DNA from: Dehalococcoidia bacterium
GTDB taxonomy: Bacteria > Chloroflexota > Dehalococcoidia > DSTF01 > RBG-16-68-14
DNA length: 35,151 nt
NCBI GenBank assembly: GCA_040882355.1
Contig: JBBEBM010000024.1
Location: 1-35,151 of the forward strand
Direction: 5' to 3'
Shown here: one piece after another, positions 1 through 12,512 of the stretch
Numbering within the stretch: position 1 is the first letter of the stretch
Layout of the letters: each line of letters begins with the position of its first letter
Made by a program: the position numbers and the translations under genes
The notes under the pieces: generated by a model
What the model was told of the DNA's origin: nothing
What the model saw: only the letters and a program-made list of their open reading frames with translations
Database searches by the model: none

Positions 1-768
1 GGCTACAACCGCGAGCACGGCGAGGGGATGTACGAGCTCAACCTCCACTACGCCGACCCGCTCACCGCCGCCGACCAGGCGATGCTCTACAAGAGCGGCT
101 CGAAGGAGATCGCGGCCGCGGTAGGAGCGGTGCCCACCTTCATGGCGAAGTACTCCGACCAGTTCGACGGCTGCAGCGGCCACACGCACCAGAGCCTCTG
201 GACGCTCGACGGCGAACGCAACGTGTTCTGGGACGGCGACGCCCCGCACCACGCGTCGGCGCTGATGCGTTCGTACACCGCGGGCGTCCTCGCGACGCTG
301 CCCGACTTCATGCTGATGTACGCGCCTAACGTCAACTCCTACAAGCGCTTCGTAGCCGGGAGCTGGGCGCCGACGAGCGCGACCTGGGGCGTCGAAAACC
401 GCACGGCCGCCCTGCGCGCGATCACGAGCTCGCCCTCGGCGTGCCGGATCGAGAACCGCGTGCCGGGCGCCGACGTGAACGCCTACCTCGGCTTCGCGGC
501 GTCGCTCGCGGGGGGCCTGCACGGCATCGAGCGCGGGCTCGAGTGCCCGCCGCCCGTCGAAGGCGATGCGTATCGCCAGACCGAAGCGCCGACGCTGCCG
601 CGCTCGCTCGGCGAGGCGGTCGAGCGCTTCGCCCACAGCGCCCTGGCCCGCGCCGCGTTCGGCGACGCGTTCGTCGACCAGTACGCGCGCATGCGCCAGT
701 GGGAGGTCGACGTCTTCCAACGGGCGGTGACGGACTGGGAACGCCAGCGCTACTTCGAGCAGGTGTGA
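1..768 (+). CDS. Glutamine synthetase family protein (GlnA4/PuuA-like gamma-glutamyl-amine ligase), 5'-truncated by window edge
   Basis: Frame 1 is open from base 1 (GYNREHGEGMYELNL). GS motifs: TFMAK, GCSGHTHQSLW, NSYKRF, WGVENRTAALR, IENRVPGADVNAY, DWERQRYFE. Confidence 0.9.
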   Translation, partial: GYNREHGEGMYELNLHYADPLTAADQAMLYKSGSKEIAAAVGAVPTFMAKYSDQFDGCSGHTHQSLWTLDGERNVFWDGDAPHHASALMRSYTAGVLATLPDFMLMYAPNVNSYKRFVAGSWAPTSATWGVENRTAALRAITSSPSACRIENRVPGADVNAYLGFAASLAGGLHGIERGLECPPPVEGDAYRQTEAPTLPRSLGEAVERFAHSALARAAFGDAFVDQYARMRQWEVDVFQRAVTDWERQRYFEQV

Positions 769-1542
769 ATGGGAACGATGCGTCTTGCGGGGAAGGTCGC
801 GCTGATCACGGGGGCGGGCAGCGGCATGGGCGCGCTCGCCGCCGAGGTGTTTGCGCGCGAGGGCGCGTCGGTAGTGGCGACGGACGTCTCGGCCGAGGGC
901 GTGCAGGCGACAGCAGCGCGCGTGCGCGCCGCCGGCGGCGCGATCACCGGCCTCGCCGGCGACGTGCGCAGCGCGGCCGACGTGCGCGGCTGGGTGGCGC
1001 AGGCGGTCGCGACCTACGGCAAGCTGAACGTCCTCTACAACAACGCCGGCATCTTCCCCGACGAGGACGAGTCGGTCGTCGACATGGACGAGGCGGTCTT
1101 CCAGCGGGTGATCGATGTGAACCTGAAGGGCGTCGCGCTCTGCTGCCAGTACGGCATCCCGGAGCTAATCAGGGCGGGAGGCGGCGCGGTCGTGAACGTG
1201 GCGTCCTTTGTCGCGCTCGTCGGCTGCACGGTGCCTCAGGACGCCTACACGATGACCAAAGGCGCGGTGCTTTCGCTGACGCGTTCGCTGGCCGTGCAAT
1301 TCGGGCCGAAGAACGTCCGCGCAAACGCGATCTGCCCCGGCCCCATCGAAACCCCGCTCCTGCGCGAGCTGCTCCGCGACGAAGCGGCGCGCCAGCGCAG
1401 GCTGAGCCGGATCCCGCTCGGGCGCTTTGGGCAAGCCGAGGACATCGTGAACGCGGCGCTCTACCTCGCCTCCGACGAGTCGTCCTGGACGACTGGCACG
1501 ACGTTTGTCGTGGACGGCGGCATCAGCGTGAACTACTTCTAG
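769..1542 (+). CDS. Short-chain dehydrogenase/reductase (SDR)
   Basis: TGAGSGMG Rossmann motif, NNAG, YxxxK (YTMTK), ICPGPIETP, VDGG. Abuts the GS stop codon; start may be 778. Confidence 0.93.
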   Translation: MGTMRLAGKVALITGAGSGMGALAAEVFAREGASVVATDVSAEGVQATAARVRAAGGAITGLAGDVRSAADVRGWVAQAVATYGKLNVLYNNAGIFPDEDESVVDMDEAVFQRVIDVNLKGVALCCQYGIPELIRAGGGAVVNVASFVALVGCTVPQDAYTMTKGAVLSLTRSLAVQFGPKNVRANAICPGPIETPLLRELLRDEAARQRRLSRIPLGRFGQAEDIVNAALYLASDESSWTTGTTFVVDGGISVNYF

Positions 1543-1554
1543 CGCCCCGTCCGC

Positions 1555-2427
1555 ATGACGACCTGGGCGTTTCTGCTCGTCCTGCTGTCGGCGGTCTTCC
1601 ACGCGACCTGGAACTTCTTCCTCAAGCAGAGCACGCACAAGACCGCCTTCCTCTGGTCGCTCACGTCGGTCTCGTTCGCCGTCTTCCTCATTCCGGCGGT
1701 CGTCGCGACGGCGATCGGTGGTCTGACGTGGCAGGGCGCCGCGTTCGGGCTGGGGAGCGCCGTGATCCACGGCTGCTACGGCTTCGCGCTGGCGCGCGGC
1801 TACCAGCTCGGCGACCTCTCGTCTGTCTACCCCGTCTCGCGAGGCGTCGGGCCGTCGCTCATCCCGATCGCGGCGGTGCTGCTGCTGGACGAGACCGTCT
1901 CGGCGGGCGCGGCGGCGGGCATCGCGTTCGTCGTCATCGGCATCTACGTCATCCACGTCGAGTCATGGGCGCTCCGCGACATCCTCCAACCGCTGAACGC
2001 GCTCCGCCGCCCGGCGACGCGCGTCGCGCTGCTCACCGGCTGCTTCATCACCGCGTACTCGCTCTGGGACAAGCAAGCGCTCGATCACCTCTCGCCGCTC
2101 GTGCTGAACCAGTTCAGCCTGCTCGGCTACCTGCTGATGCTGCCGCCGCTCGCCTTCGCCGAGCGCGGACGGCCGCTGCGCGCCGAGTGGCGGGAGCGGC
2201 GCCGCAGCGTGATCGTCGCCGGCATCTGCGCGCCGCTCGCCTACGTGATGGTGCTCGTCGCGCTGACGGCGAGCCGCGTCAGCTACGTCGCACCGGTGCG
2301 AGAGGTCGGCATCGTCCTCGGCGCGCTGGCAGGCGTGCTCTTCCTCGGCGAGGGCTTCGGCGGCGCGCGCATCGGCGGCTCGGCGCTGATCGTGGCCGGC
2401 GTGCTGGCGATCGGGATCTCGCCGTAG
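1555..2427 (+). CDS. DMT/EamA family transporter
   Basis: About 10 hydrophobic segments; HATWNFFLK, GDLSSVYPVSRG, YVAPVREVG, LFLGE motifs. Confidence 0.9.
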   Translation: MTTWAFLLVLLSAVFHATWNFFLKQSTHKTAFLWSLTSVSFAVFLIPAVVATAIGGLTWQGAAFGLGSAVIHGCYGFALARGYQLGDLSSVYPVSRGVGPSLIPIAAVLLLDETVSAGAAAGIAFVVIGIYVIHVESWALRDILQPLNALRRPATRVALLTGCFITAYSLWDKQALDHLSPLVLNQFSLLGYLLMLPPLAFAERGRPLRAEWRERRRSVIVAGICAPLAYVMVLVALTASRVSYVAPVREVGIVLGALAGVLFLGEGFGGARIGGSALIVAGVLAIGISP

Positions 2428-2428
2428 G

Positions 2429-3397
2429 CTACAGCCGCACCACCTCCCGAGACTCCGCCGCCCGGTAGCAGGCCTCGATGAGGGCGACGACGCGCTCGGC
2501 GTCCGCGGCGCTGACAGGCGCGGGCGCGTCGTCGCGCGCGGCGGCGAGAAACGCCTCGTCTTCGGCGCGATAGCCCCAGCGCTCCGACCACGACAGGTCG
2601 CTCGCGTCGACGGTCTCCGGCTGCGCGTCGACCGCGAGCTGGAACGTGACGCTGTCGGCCTCCGACGTCACGGCGGTCGCGTAGTCGCCGTAGACCTCCA
2701 GTCGCTGGAAGGGCACCAGCGGCGTCGTGTGGCCGGACGAGCAGAACGTCGTCGTCACGCCCGACTGGAATGTCAGCAGCATCGCGAAGTCGTCGAGCTG
2801 CGGCGCGCAAGTCTGGGCCGCGCGACAGACGACCTCCTCGACCGGGCCGAAGAGCCACATCATCACGTCCAGGACGTGGATCGCCGTCTCGAAGAGGAAG
2901 CCGCCGGTGAGCGACGCGTCTGCGACCCAGGGCGGCTGGAGGAGCTGGCCCCGGTTCATCTTCACGTGCGCCCAGCGCGGCGTGAGCGCGCCCGACGCGA
3001 TCCGCTCGCGCACCGCCCGGTGCACCGGGGCGAAACGCTGGTTCAGCCCGAGCTGGTACACGCCGCGCGCCCGCTCGGCCGCGTCTCGGACGCGACGGAC
3101 GTCCGCCAGCGAGAGCGCGGGCGGCTTCTCCGAGAAGACGTGCTTGCCCGCCTCGAGCGCTGCGATCGTCATCTCGGCGTGCACCAGGTTCGGCGAGCAG
3201 ACGTAGACGGCGTCGACCTCGTCCAGCAGCGCCTCGTAGGAGGGCACGGCGCGCGCGCCCGTCTTCGCAGCGAACGCCTCCGCCCGGCCGGCGTCCGGCT
3301 CGAAGACGGCGACGACCCGCGCGTCAGGCATCGACGCCAGCAGGTCGGCGTGGATGCCGGCGATGAAGCCTGCGCCTGAGAACCCGATTCGTGGCAT
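2429..3397 (-). CDS. Gfo/Idh/MocA family NAD(P)-dependent oxidoreductase
   Basis: IGFSGAGFIA, AGKHVFSEKP, GLNQRF, GGFLFETAIHVLD. Start moved to the ATG at 3397 where the Rossmann fold begins. Confidence 0.9.
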   Translation of the reverse strand: MPRIGFSGAGFIAGIHADLLASMPDARVVAVFEPDAGRAEAFAAKTGARAVPSYEALLDEVDAVYVCSPNLVHAEMTIAALEAGKHVFSEKPPALSLADVRRVRDAAERARGVYQLGLNQRFAPVHRAVRERIASGALTPRWAHVKMNRGQLLQPPWVADASLTGGFLFETAIHVLDVMMWLFGPVEEVVCRAAQTCAPQLDDFAMLLTFQSGVTTTFCSSGHTTPLVPFQRLEVYGDYATAVTSEADSVTFQLAVDAQPETVDASDLSWSERWGYRAEDEAFLAAARDDAPAPVSAADAERVVALIEACYRAAESREVVRL

Positions 3398-3460
3398 AGC
3401 GAGACGTATGGTAGTGAGCGCCCTGCCCGCGCGCAAGAACCTGGCAGCTGATCAAGGATC

Positions 3461-3584
3461 CGGGGTGCAGGGCGCCGGAGGCGCCTGCTGGGGGTCAGGG
3501 GCCTGTCCTGAGCCAAGCCGAAGGAGTGTCCCCCAGATTCTACTCTTCTCTGGGCGGGAGGGCGGGAAGATGAACATTCCTTCT
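3461..3584 (+). repeat. ~100-nt GC-rich multi-hairpin intergenic repeat (copy 1), carrying a nested 24-nt insertion at 3502-3525
   Basis: Aligns by eye with the reverse complement of 27365-27468 and with 13315-13410 (GGGGTGCAG..GGGGG..GTGTCCCCCAGA..GGGCGG..GGGAA). Confidence 0.8.
3502..3525 (+). mobile_element. 24-nt TGAGC..CGAA mini-element nested in the ~100-nt repeat
   Basis: cctgtcctgagccaagccgaagga is absent from the paralogous copies, which read GGGG|GTGTCCCCCAG. Confidence 0.7.
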
Positions 3585-3702
3585 TGGGGGCGCTGCTGAC
3601 TCTGCACATCGGAGGTGAAGGAAAGCAACCTATGGGATTGGAATCAAGTGTGCCGCCGACTCCGCTTCGGACGACCTGCCTCGCGCTCGGCGAGCGCGCC
3701 AC

Positions 3703-3732
3703 TTGACGGCTCCCGCCACCGAGCACTACGCT
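3703..3732 (+). promoter_or_regulatory. Putative sigma70 promoter for the VOC gene
   Basis: TTGACG-18 nt-TACGCT upstream of the ATG at 3795. Confidence 0.5.
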
Positions 3733-3794
3733 GCCCTCACCTCACCCTGCCGCGGTCTGAGGAAGACAAGGACAGGAAAGGACAGGGATCCGCC

Positions 3795-4847
3795 ATGCTT
3801 ACTCGTGTCGACCGGATGCTGCTCGCGGTGCGCGACCGCGCCGCCGCCGAAGAGACGTTTCGCGAGGTGCTCGGCGCCGAGAAAGTGCGCGACGACACCA
3901 GCGAGCTCTACAAGGCGAAGCGCTCGGTGATGCAGGCGGGCGTCAGCGAGTTCGAGCTGCTGGAGCCGGCAGGCGATGGCCCCGTCCAGGCGTACCTCGA
4001 GCGCTGGGGCGAGGGCATCTTCGCGGGAGGCTTCGCGACGAAAGACCTCTCGGCCCTGTGCGACCGCCTCACCTCGCGCGGCGTCGCGTGGCGCGACGAG
4101 GCCGGCCAGGCGCACATCGAGCCGGACCAGACGCCGGGCATGCGCATGGTGATCGGCCCGCAGGCCGAGCGCACGCCTGTTGGCTTGATCACCTGGCTCT
4201 ACGAGGTGACGAACGTGATCGACGACCACAAGGCGGCGGCGACCTTCTATGCGGAGAGCTTCGGCCTGGACGCGAGCAAGTTCTCGCCGCTCAAGAGCGA
4301 GCAGTACGGCTACAAAGGCCAGCTCACGCTCTTCGACCCGCCGGCGCGCCTCGACCGCATCGAGCTGTCGCAGATCACCGAGCCCGAGAAGGCGATGGGC
4401 CGCTTCGCATCGAAGCACGGCCAGTCGGTCTACATGTGTTACGTCGAGACCGACGGTGTCGCGGCGATCGCCGAGCGGCTCGAACGGCGCAACGCGCGTT
4501 ACGCCGGCCGCTCCGACAACCAGGACGGTCTGTTCATCCACCCGACGTCGCTCTGCGGGATGCTGATGGGCGTGAGCCGGACGAACCTGGCGTNNNNNNN
4601 NNNNNNNNNNNNNNNNNNNNNNNNNNNNNNNNNNNNNNNNNNNNNNNNNNNNNNNNNNNNNNNNNNNNNNNNNNNNNNNNNNNNNNNNNNNNNAGAGGCC
4701 TGTCCTGAGCCAGCCGAAGGAGGCAGCCGGCAGGCGGGGTGAGGGTCGCACCCGACGTCGCTCTGCGGGATGCTGATGGGCGTGAGCCGGACGAACCTGG
4801 CGTGGCGCTGGTCGGGGCGGCCCGAGCTGGCGCAGGTGGCTCGATAG
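3795..4847 (+). CDS. Two-domain VOC (glyoxalase/methylmalonyl-CoA epimerase-like) protein, about 280 aa after removing an assembly duplication (join 3795-4593 + 4804-4847)
   Basis: VDRMLLAVRD, FELLEPAGDGPVQAYLERWGEGI, RIELSQ..FASKHGQSVY, FIHP..CGML. The C-terminus WRWSGRPELAQVAR* lies after the gap. Confidence 0.8.
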
Positions 4848-4917
4848 CGCCTCAGCCGCCTTCGCGACACCAGAGACGATGGGACCAGAAATGTGTTCTT
4901 CGGCGATCCCCGTTCGC

Positions 4918-4992
4918 GCCCCTCTACCGCGTGGCGGGAGAGGCCTGTCCTGAGCCAGCCGAAGGAGGCAGCCGGCAGGCGGGGTGAGGGTC
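4918..4992 (+). repeat. CCCCTCT..GCGGGAGAGG..GGGGTGAGGG-type palindromic repeat interrupted by a 23-nt mini-element (4944-4966)
   Basis: cccctctaccgc-gtg-gcgggagagg[cctgtcctgagccagccgaagga]ggcagccggcaggcggggtgaggg. Confidence 0.65.
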
Positions 4993-4996
4993 GAGG

Positions 4997-5005
4997 TGGT
5001 ATGCT
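4997..5005 (+). promoter_or_regulatory. Extended -10 promoter (TGnTATGCT), leaderless geometry
   Basis: TGG-TATGCT followed by 6 nt and then the ATG at 5012. Confidence 0.6.
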
Positions 5006-5011
5006 AAGGCG

Positions 5012-5128
5012 ATGGCTGAGCTAGGATTCGTCATCTTCGTCATCGGGGCACTGCTGGTCGTCGACCGCGACCGGCTTGAGTGGCTCACCACAAAGCTCCG
5101 CGACCTCTTCGACTGGGCGTCTTCCTAA
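5012..5128 (+). CDS. Small (38 aa) putative membrane protein, not in the ORF track
   Basis: MAELGFVIFVIGALLVVDRDRLEWLTTKLRDLFDWASS*: hydrophobic N-terminus plus amphipathic C-terminal helix, host-like GC3 codons, leaderless promoter. Confidence 0.55.
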   Translation: MAELGFVIFVIGALLVVDRDRLEWLTTKLRDLFDWASS

Positions 5129-5198
5129 CCGGGCGCACTAAACAAGCACGCGCAATCCGGCGAACCGGTCGGAGCGATGCCGGCGGCCTCAGCCCTCC

Positions 5199-5222
5199 GT
5201 AGGCGAGGCTTTCCAGCCTCGC
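5199..5222 (+). repeat. GTAG-tagged REP
   Basis: GTAG-GCGAGGCT-ttcc-AGCCTCGC; sister copy at 34496-34519. Confidence 0.75.
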
Positions 5223-5535
5223 CGCCCTCCACTCCGATCGCCTCGCTCGCCCCTCCGGCCGCATACCGCCGACTGCCAGTCGGCGGTGTTGTTACAACCC
5301 TCCGCGAACGGTGCGCCACCAACGCCTTCGCGCTCTTCCCGCCTGCCCTTACCCTCGTCCTCGACAACTCGGCGCAGGCATGCGGCGCGCAGACTCCCGG
5401 CGGCAGGTTCACGGGCCGGTCGCGATTACGCCGTGGTCCGCCCGAAAAGGCGATTTTGCCAAACGGAATGACACGAAACGAGCGAACAGACTTGAGCGCG
5501 GAGCTACGACCCGCAGCGGCCCGTGGTTCAGGGCT

Positions 5536-6408
5536 CTAGCACAGGTGGTCGTCGGCGGGGACAGGCACTTGCCGCGGGCCGGTCGCACGCGCGAGGGCGA
5601 TTCGGTCACGTATCGAGGCATAGGCCATCGCCGCAATGAAGAGCGCGGCCGAAAGCAGCACGATGCTGGCGCCCGACGAGACATCGACGTAATAGCTGGC
5701 GTATATCCCGCCCAAGCCGCAGAAGGCTCCTACGAAGACGGAGATCAGCACCATGCGGTGGAAGCTGTTCGTGAGCAGCCGAGCGATGATGGGGGGGATC
5801 ACAATCGCCGCTGCGATGAGCGTGACGCCCATCACCTGCATCGAGACGACAATCACCGCAGCGAGTACGAGCGCGAATAAGGTATCGATCCACTCGGTCG
5901 GCACGCCATAATAGCGTGCGACTTCGGGATCGAACGTGGTGAACAGGAGCTGCTTGTAGGCGACGAAGACCAGGAATCCCGTGGCTGCCGCGACCACGGC
6001 GATCGCCACAAGGTCTTGCTCCGTTACGCCGAGGATGTTGCCGAAGAGCGCCGCGTCAAAGCTGCGCGTGAACGTCTTGTAGCGGCTGATCAGGGCGATG
6101 CCGAGCGCGAAGCTCGCCGTCGTGATGATGCCGATCGCCGCGTCCGCGCCGATGGTCGGGCGACGACGGACGGTGGCGTTGATCAGGAGAGCGGAGAAGA
6201 AGCCCCAGATCGGCGCGCCGATGTAGAAGCTGAACGACATCACGTAGCTCACCACCGCGCCGCCGAAGATGGCATGGGAGAGCCCGTGGCCGATGTAGCT
6301 CATCCGGCGCAGCACGATGTAGACGCCGATCAGGCCGCATAGCCCGCCCACCATCGTCGCGGCGATGATCCCCCTTACGAAGAACTCATACTGCAGCGGC
6401 TCCAGCAC
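5536..6408 (-). CDS. znuB: Zn/Mn ABC transporter permease
   Basis: GVYIVLRRMSYIGHGLSHAIFGG, LFGNILG, TFDPEVA, MQVMG. GTG at 6408 follows a GAGGAG RBS. Confidence 0.88.
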   Translation of the reverse strand: MLEPLQYEFFVRGIIAATMVGGLCGLIGVYIVLRRMSYIGHGLSHAIFGGAVVSYVMSFSFYIGAPIWGFFSALLINATVRRRPTIGADAAIGIITTASFALGIALISRYKTFTRSFDAALFGNILGVTEQDLVAIAVVAAATGFLVFVAYKQLLFTTFDPEVARYYGVPTEWIDTLFALVLAAVIVVSMQVMGVTLIAAAIVIPPIIARLLTNSFHRMVLISVFVGAFCGLGGIYASYYVDVSSGASIVLLSAALFIAAMAYASIRDRIALARATGPRQVPVPADDHLC

Positions 6409-7258
6409 CGGTGCCAGTCTCCTCTTCGCCGTGGCTCTGTCGTCCGTCGCGCCGGCCAATGAGGTGCGGTCGCTCCGCCACCAGCGTCAGCCCCTGGTAT
6501 CGCACCACGGGCATCTCGACCCCGTACGTCTGCTCCAGGATCTTCGGCGTGAACACGTCGCCCGGGGGGCCCTCCGCAATGATGCGCCGGTTCATGCAGA
6601 CCACCCACGGCAGGTGCGCCGCGACCGAGTTGAGCTCGTGTGTGGTCATCAGGACAGTCACGCCTTGATGGTTCAGCTCGTCCAGCAGGTGCAGGATGTC
6701 GTCGCGCGTCTTGATGTCGACCCCGCTCGTCGGCTCGTCGAGGAGCAGCAGCCGCGGGTTGCTCACCAATGCGCGCGCCAGGAAGACGCGCTGCTGCTGG
6801 CCGCCGGAGAGCTCCCGGATGTGACGTCGCGCGAGATCGTCGATGCCCAGGCGCTCCATCATCGCGTGCGCCAGGTCGCGGTCCTGCCGGCGGCTCCAAG
6901 GGAACGGGCCGCTCTGCATCGCCCTCCCCAGCAGTACCACTTCCTCGACCGTGACCGGGAAGTTCCAGTCCACGGTCTCGAGCTGCGGCACGTAGCCCAC
7001 CTTCGGGCGGCGCCTGCCGGCTACTGACCTCCCGTCGACGCGCACGGATCCTTCGTGAATCACTGTCGCGCCCAGCAACGTGCGCAGCATCGTGGTCTTT
7101 CCGGACCCGCTCGGCCCGAGCAGCCCGACGAAGTCGCCCGCCTGCACCCGGAGCGTGACGTCTCGCAGGACGACCTCACCCTGGTAGCCGCACGTCACGC
7201 TCTCCACTTCGACGATGGGCCCTTCCGGCCCGCGTTCGTGCGGCTGTGGGTGTAGCAT
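6386..7258 (-). CDS. znuC: Zn/Mn ABC transporter ATP-binding protein
   Basis: [38 protein letters not shown]. Start placed at the ATG 7 nt after the znuA stop. Confidence 0.9.
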   Translation of the reverse strand: MLHPQPHERGPEGPIVEVESVTCGYQGEVVLRDVTLRVQAGDFVGLLGPSGSGKTTMLRTLLGATVIHEGSVRVDGRSVAGRRRPKVGYVPQLETVDWNFPVTVEEVVLLGRAMQSGPFPWSRRQDRDLAHAMMERLGIDDLARRHIRELSGGQQQRVFLARALVSNPRLLLLDEPTSGVDIKTRDDILHLLDELNHQGVTVLMTTHELNSVAAHLPWVVCMNRRIIAEGPPGDVFTPKILEQTYGVEMPVVRYQGLTLVAERPHLIGRRDGRQSHGEEETGTGAGAAAV

Positions 7259-7265
7259 GACGACG

Positions 7266-8315
7266 TTATTGCGGGTAGACCGCGCTGCTCTCACCTTCGA
7301 ACACCACCGTCGGGTCGTATCCCTCGAACGCGTCCGCGTTGCCGCCCAGCGCGGGCATCATGATCTCCATGTTCTGCAGCAGCAGTCCGACGTAGGTGTG
7401 GTTGGCGTCGCCGGGAGCGCCTGGCAGGTCGTCGTCGCGCAGGTCGTCGATAAACTCCGCCCCTCCCTCTTCAGCGATCGTCTCCAGGACGTCGCTGGGG
7501 AAGACCTCAGAACCGAAGACGGCCGGTACCTGCTCCTCCTGGACCTGATCGATCAGGTCAGCGACCTCCTGGGCGGACGGCTCGGAAAAGTCCGACGGCT
7601 GCACCGCGCCAATCACGACAAACCCGTACCGCGGCGCCCAGTACGCCCAGGAGTCGTGGTAGGTGAGCAGCTTTCGGTTTGCCTCCGGTACCGTTTGCAC
7701 CGCGTCCATCATCCGCTGATCGATGTCCTCGATCTGCGTTCGGAACGCCTCCAGGTTCGCGTCGTAGTAGTCGGCGTTGTCCGGATCGAGCTCGACGAGC
7801 TTGTCGCGGATCAGCTCCGCATACTTCAAGCCGTAGAGCGGGTTCGGCCACAGGTGGGGGTTCGGGTGGCCGTCCGCCTCCGGGAACGAGAAGTCGTATT
7901 GATACTCGCCTTCGGTGATCGTCTCGTTGCCGAGCATGAGGATCGCGGTGTCAGCCTGCTTGCTGGACTCGGCCAGCGCCACAGTTGGATCTTCCAGGTC
8001 GAGGCCGTTCACGACGATCAGGTCGGCGTCGGACAGCAGCGCCGCGACCGACGGCGCGGGCTCGTACGTGTGCGAGTTGACGCCCTCCGGGATGATGCCT
8101 TCGACATCGATCATGGTGCCGCCGATGTTCTCGGCGATGCTGGTAATAGGCGAGACCGTGGTCACGATCCTCAGGTTGCCCCCGGCGGACGGCGTACCCT
8201 CCTCCGCGGTGGGAGTGGCGCCATCGCCGCTGTTGCCGCTGTCGTCGTCATCGCATGCCCCAACGAGCAGGACGGCGAGCAGCGCAAACAGTACCAGGAA
8301 TCGGAGCCCCTTCAC
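7266..8315 (-). CDS. znuA: Zn/Mn ABC transporter substrate-binding lipoprotein (cluster A-I)
   Basis: Lipobox LVGAC; ligand motifs NSHTYEP, PNPHLW, YHDSW; RBS AAGGAGG before the GTG. Confidence 0.88.
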   Translation of the reverse strand: MKGLRFLVLFALLAVLLVGACDDDDSGNSGDGATPTAEEGTPSAGGNLRIVTTVSPITSIAENIGGTMIDVEGIIPEGVNSHTYEPAPSVAALLSDADLIVVNGLDLEDPTVALAESSKQADTAILMLGNETITEGEYQYDFSFPEADGHPNPHLWPNPLYGLKYAELIRDKLVELDPDNADYYDANLEAFRTQIEDIDQRMMDAVQTVPEANRKLLTYHDSWAYWAPRYGFVVIGAVQPSDFSEPSAQEVADLIDQVQEEQVPAVFGSEVFPSDVLETIAEEGGAEFIDDLRDDDLPGAPGDANHTYVGLLLQNMEIMMPALGGNADAFEGYDPTVVFEGESSAVYPQ

Positions 8316-8339
8316 GTGTATCCTCCTTTGGTTTGGTGA

Positions 8340-8774
8340 CTAGGGCGCGGGCTGCTGACAGTTGGTGCAGAGCCCGAAGATCGCGAAGTGGTCGATGTCC
8401 GGTTTGAAGCCGGACTCCGCCAGGATCTCCGCGCCCAGGTTCTCGAGATACTGGTCGTCGAGCGATGTCACGGCGCCGCACCCGCGACAGATCAGGTGGT
8501 GATGCCGGCGCTGCTGTCGCACCCACTCGTAGATCGTTTCGCCGGTGCCCATGTCCGTCTCCGAGACGAGGCGCATCTCCTTGAGCACGCCCAACGTCCG
8601 GTACACCGTCGAGATGTCGACGTACGGGTAGTCCAGCCGCACCTGGTCGTAGATCTCGCTCGCCGTCAGGTGGCCGTCGGCGTGGCGCAGCGCCGACAGG
8701 ATCATCAGCCGCTGCGGCGTTAGCTTGTGCCCGGCTTCGCGGAGGACCTGGACGGTCTCGGTCTCACAACTCAA
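8340..8774 (-). CDS. zur: Fur-family transcriptional repressor, probably Zur
   Basis: [28 protein letters not shown]. Heads the znu operon. A TTG start after GGAG is preferred because the ORF-track ATG lies inside the -10 box. Confidence 0.82.
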   Translation of the reverse strand: MSCETETVQVLREAGHKLTPQRLMILSALRHADGHLTASEIYDQVRLDYPYVDISTVYRTLGVLKEMRLVSETDMGTGETIYEWVRQQRRHHHLICRGCGAVTSLDDQYLENLGAEILAESGFKPDIDHFAIFGLCTNCQQPAP

Positions 8775-8784
8775 CTGTCTGCTC

Positions 8785-8800
8785 CTGCAATTGGTTGCAG
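8785..8800. promoter_or_regulatory. Putative Zur/Fur operator (CTGCAA-N4-TTGCAG)
   Basis: Perfect 6-bp inverted repeat directly downstream of the zur -10 box. Confidence 0.6.
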
Positions 8801-8802
8801 TT

Positions 8803-8832
8803 ATCATACTTGGCGGCTGCGGCCAGTGTCAA
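8803..8832 (-). promoter_or_regulatory. sigma70 promoter of zur-znuACB
   Basis: Minus strand reads TTGACA-18 nt-TATGAT. Confidence 0.75.
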
Positions 8833-8863
8833 GGTTGCGCCAGAATCGCCAACGTCCGCCTTT

Positions 8864-8899
8864 AGCACTCTTGTTCAACCTTGACGGGTGCGCTACACT
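8864..8899 (+). promoter_or_regulatory. uvrA promoter with a candidate LexA box overlapping the -35
   Basis: TTGTTC-17 nt-TACACT. GCAC-TCTT-GTTC at 8865-8876 is one mismatch from GAAC-N4-GTTC. Confidence 0.5.
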
Positions 8900-8951
8900 G
8901 CTCCTGCTGCCCGGTCCCCCATACGGAAACTTCCCCTGGAGGTATCGATCC

Positions 8952-11951
<3,000 letters not shown>

Positions 11952-11966
11952 TAGGCAGACGAGATT

Positions 11967-11990
11967 GTAGGGGCGGCTCGTGAGCCGCCC
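11967..11990 (+). repeat. GTAG REP upstream of RAYT
   Basis: GTAG-GGGCGGCTC-gt-GAGCCGCCC. Confidence 0.9.
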
Positions 11991-12259
11991 AAGAGCAGCA
12001 CCCTCATGCCGTACGATCCGAACCGACACCATCGACGGTCGATCAGGTTGAAGGACTTCGACTATTCGCAGAACGCGGCGTATTTTGTGACGCTGGTGTG
12101 CAAGGATCGGGATGTCTTACTGGAGACCCCTGAGGCGGCGGACTTTGTCGATGACGCTTGGCGATGGCTGGCTACACGGTACGAGCGGGTAGACCTCGAT
12201 GAGTACGTGGTGATGCCGAATCACTTCCATGGGATTGTTGTCTTGAGGGAGAACTCTCA

Positions 12260-12283
12260 GGGCGGCTCCCGAGCCGCCCCTAC
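12260..12283 (-). repeat. GTAG REP inside the RAYT coding sequence (inverted)
   Basis: GGGCGGCTC-cc-GAGCCGCCC-CTAC, translated as GGSRAAPT. Confidence 0.9.
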
Positions 12284-12512
12284 ATGGCGTACGCACCGGA
12301 AGCCGTTGGGCGAGTTGATCGGGGCGTTCAAGACGGTGTCTACCAGGCGAATCAATGCGTTTCGCGACACAGCGGGTGTCCGGCTCTGGCAGCGGAACTA
12401 CTACGAACACGTGATTCGCAACGACAATGAGTTCGAGCGAATCCGTCAGTACATCCGTGACAACCCTTCGCGGTGGTGCGATGATCCTGAGAATCCGGCG
12501 GTCTTTGCGGCT

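Noticed and set aside
441..2468. Long alternative-frame ORFs (e.g. 441-2468, 8862-10361, 10082-11737, 10452-12032, 15620-17575, 24365-25717)
   Set aside because: Arg/Ala/Pro-rich shadow or antisense frames of well-supported genes, expected in high-GC DNA.
4539..4993. Apparent tandem duplication of the VOC gene 3' end around the 100-N gap (4539-4593 = 4749-4803; 4694-4748 = 4939-4993)
   Set aside because: Both duplicated pieces are exactly 55 nt and abut the gap, the signature of a k=55 assembly/scaffolding overlap. The mini-element copy at 4699-4721 is therefore not counted and the gene is not called a pseudogene.
5129..5535. ORFs 5177-5539, 5125-5412 and 5311-5880 in the gap after znuB
   Set aside because: No recognisable motifs, and the region is explained by hairpins (REP at 5199, ACCGCCGACT-gcc-AGTCGGCGGT near 5265-5288); cannot be supported as coding.
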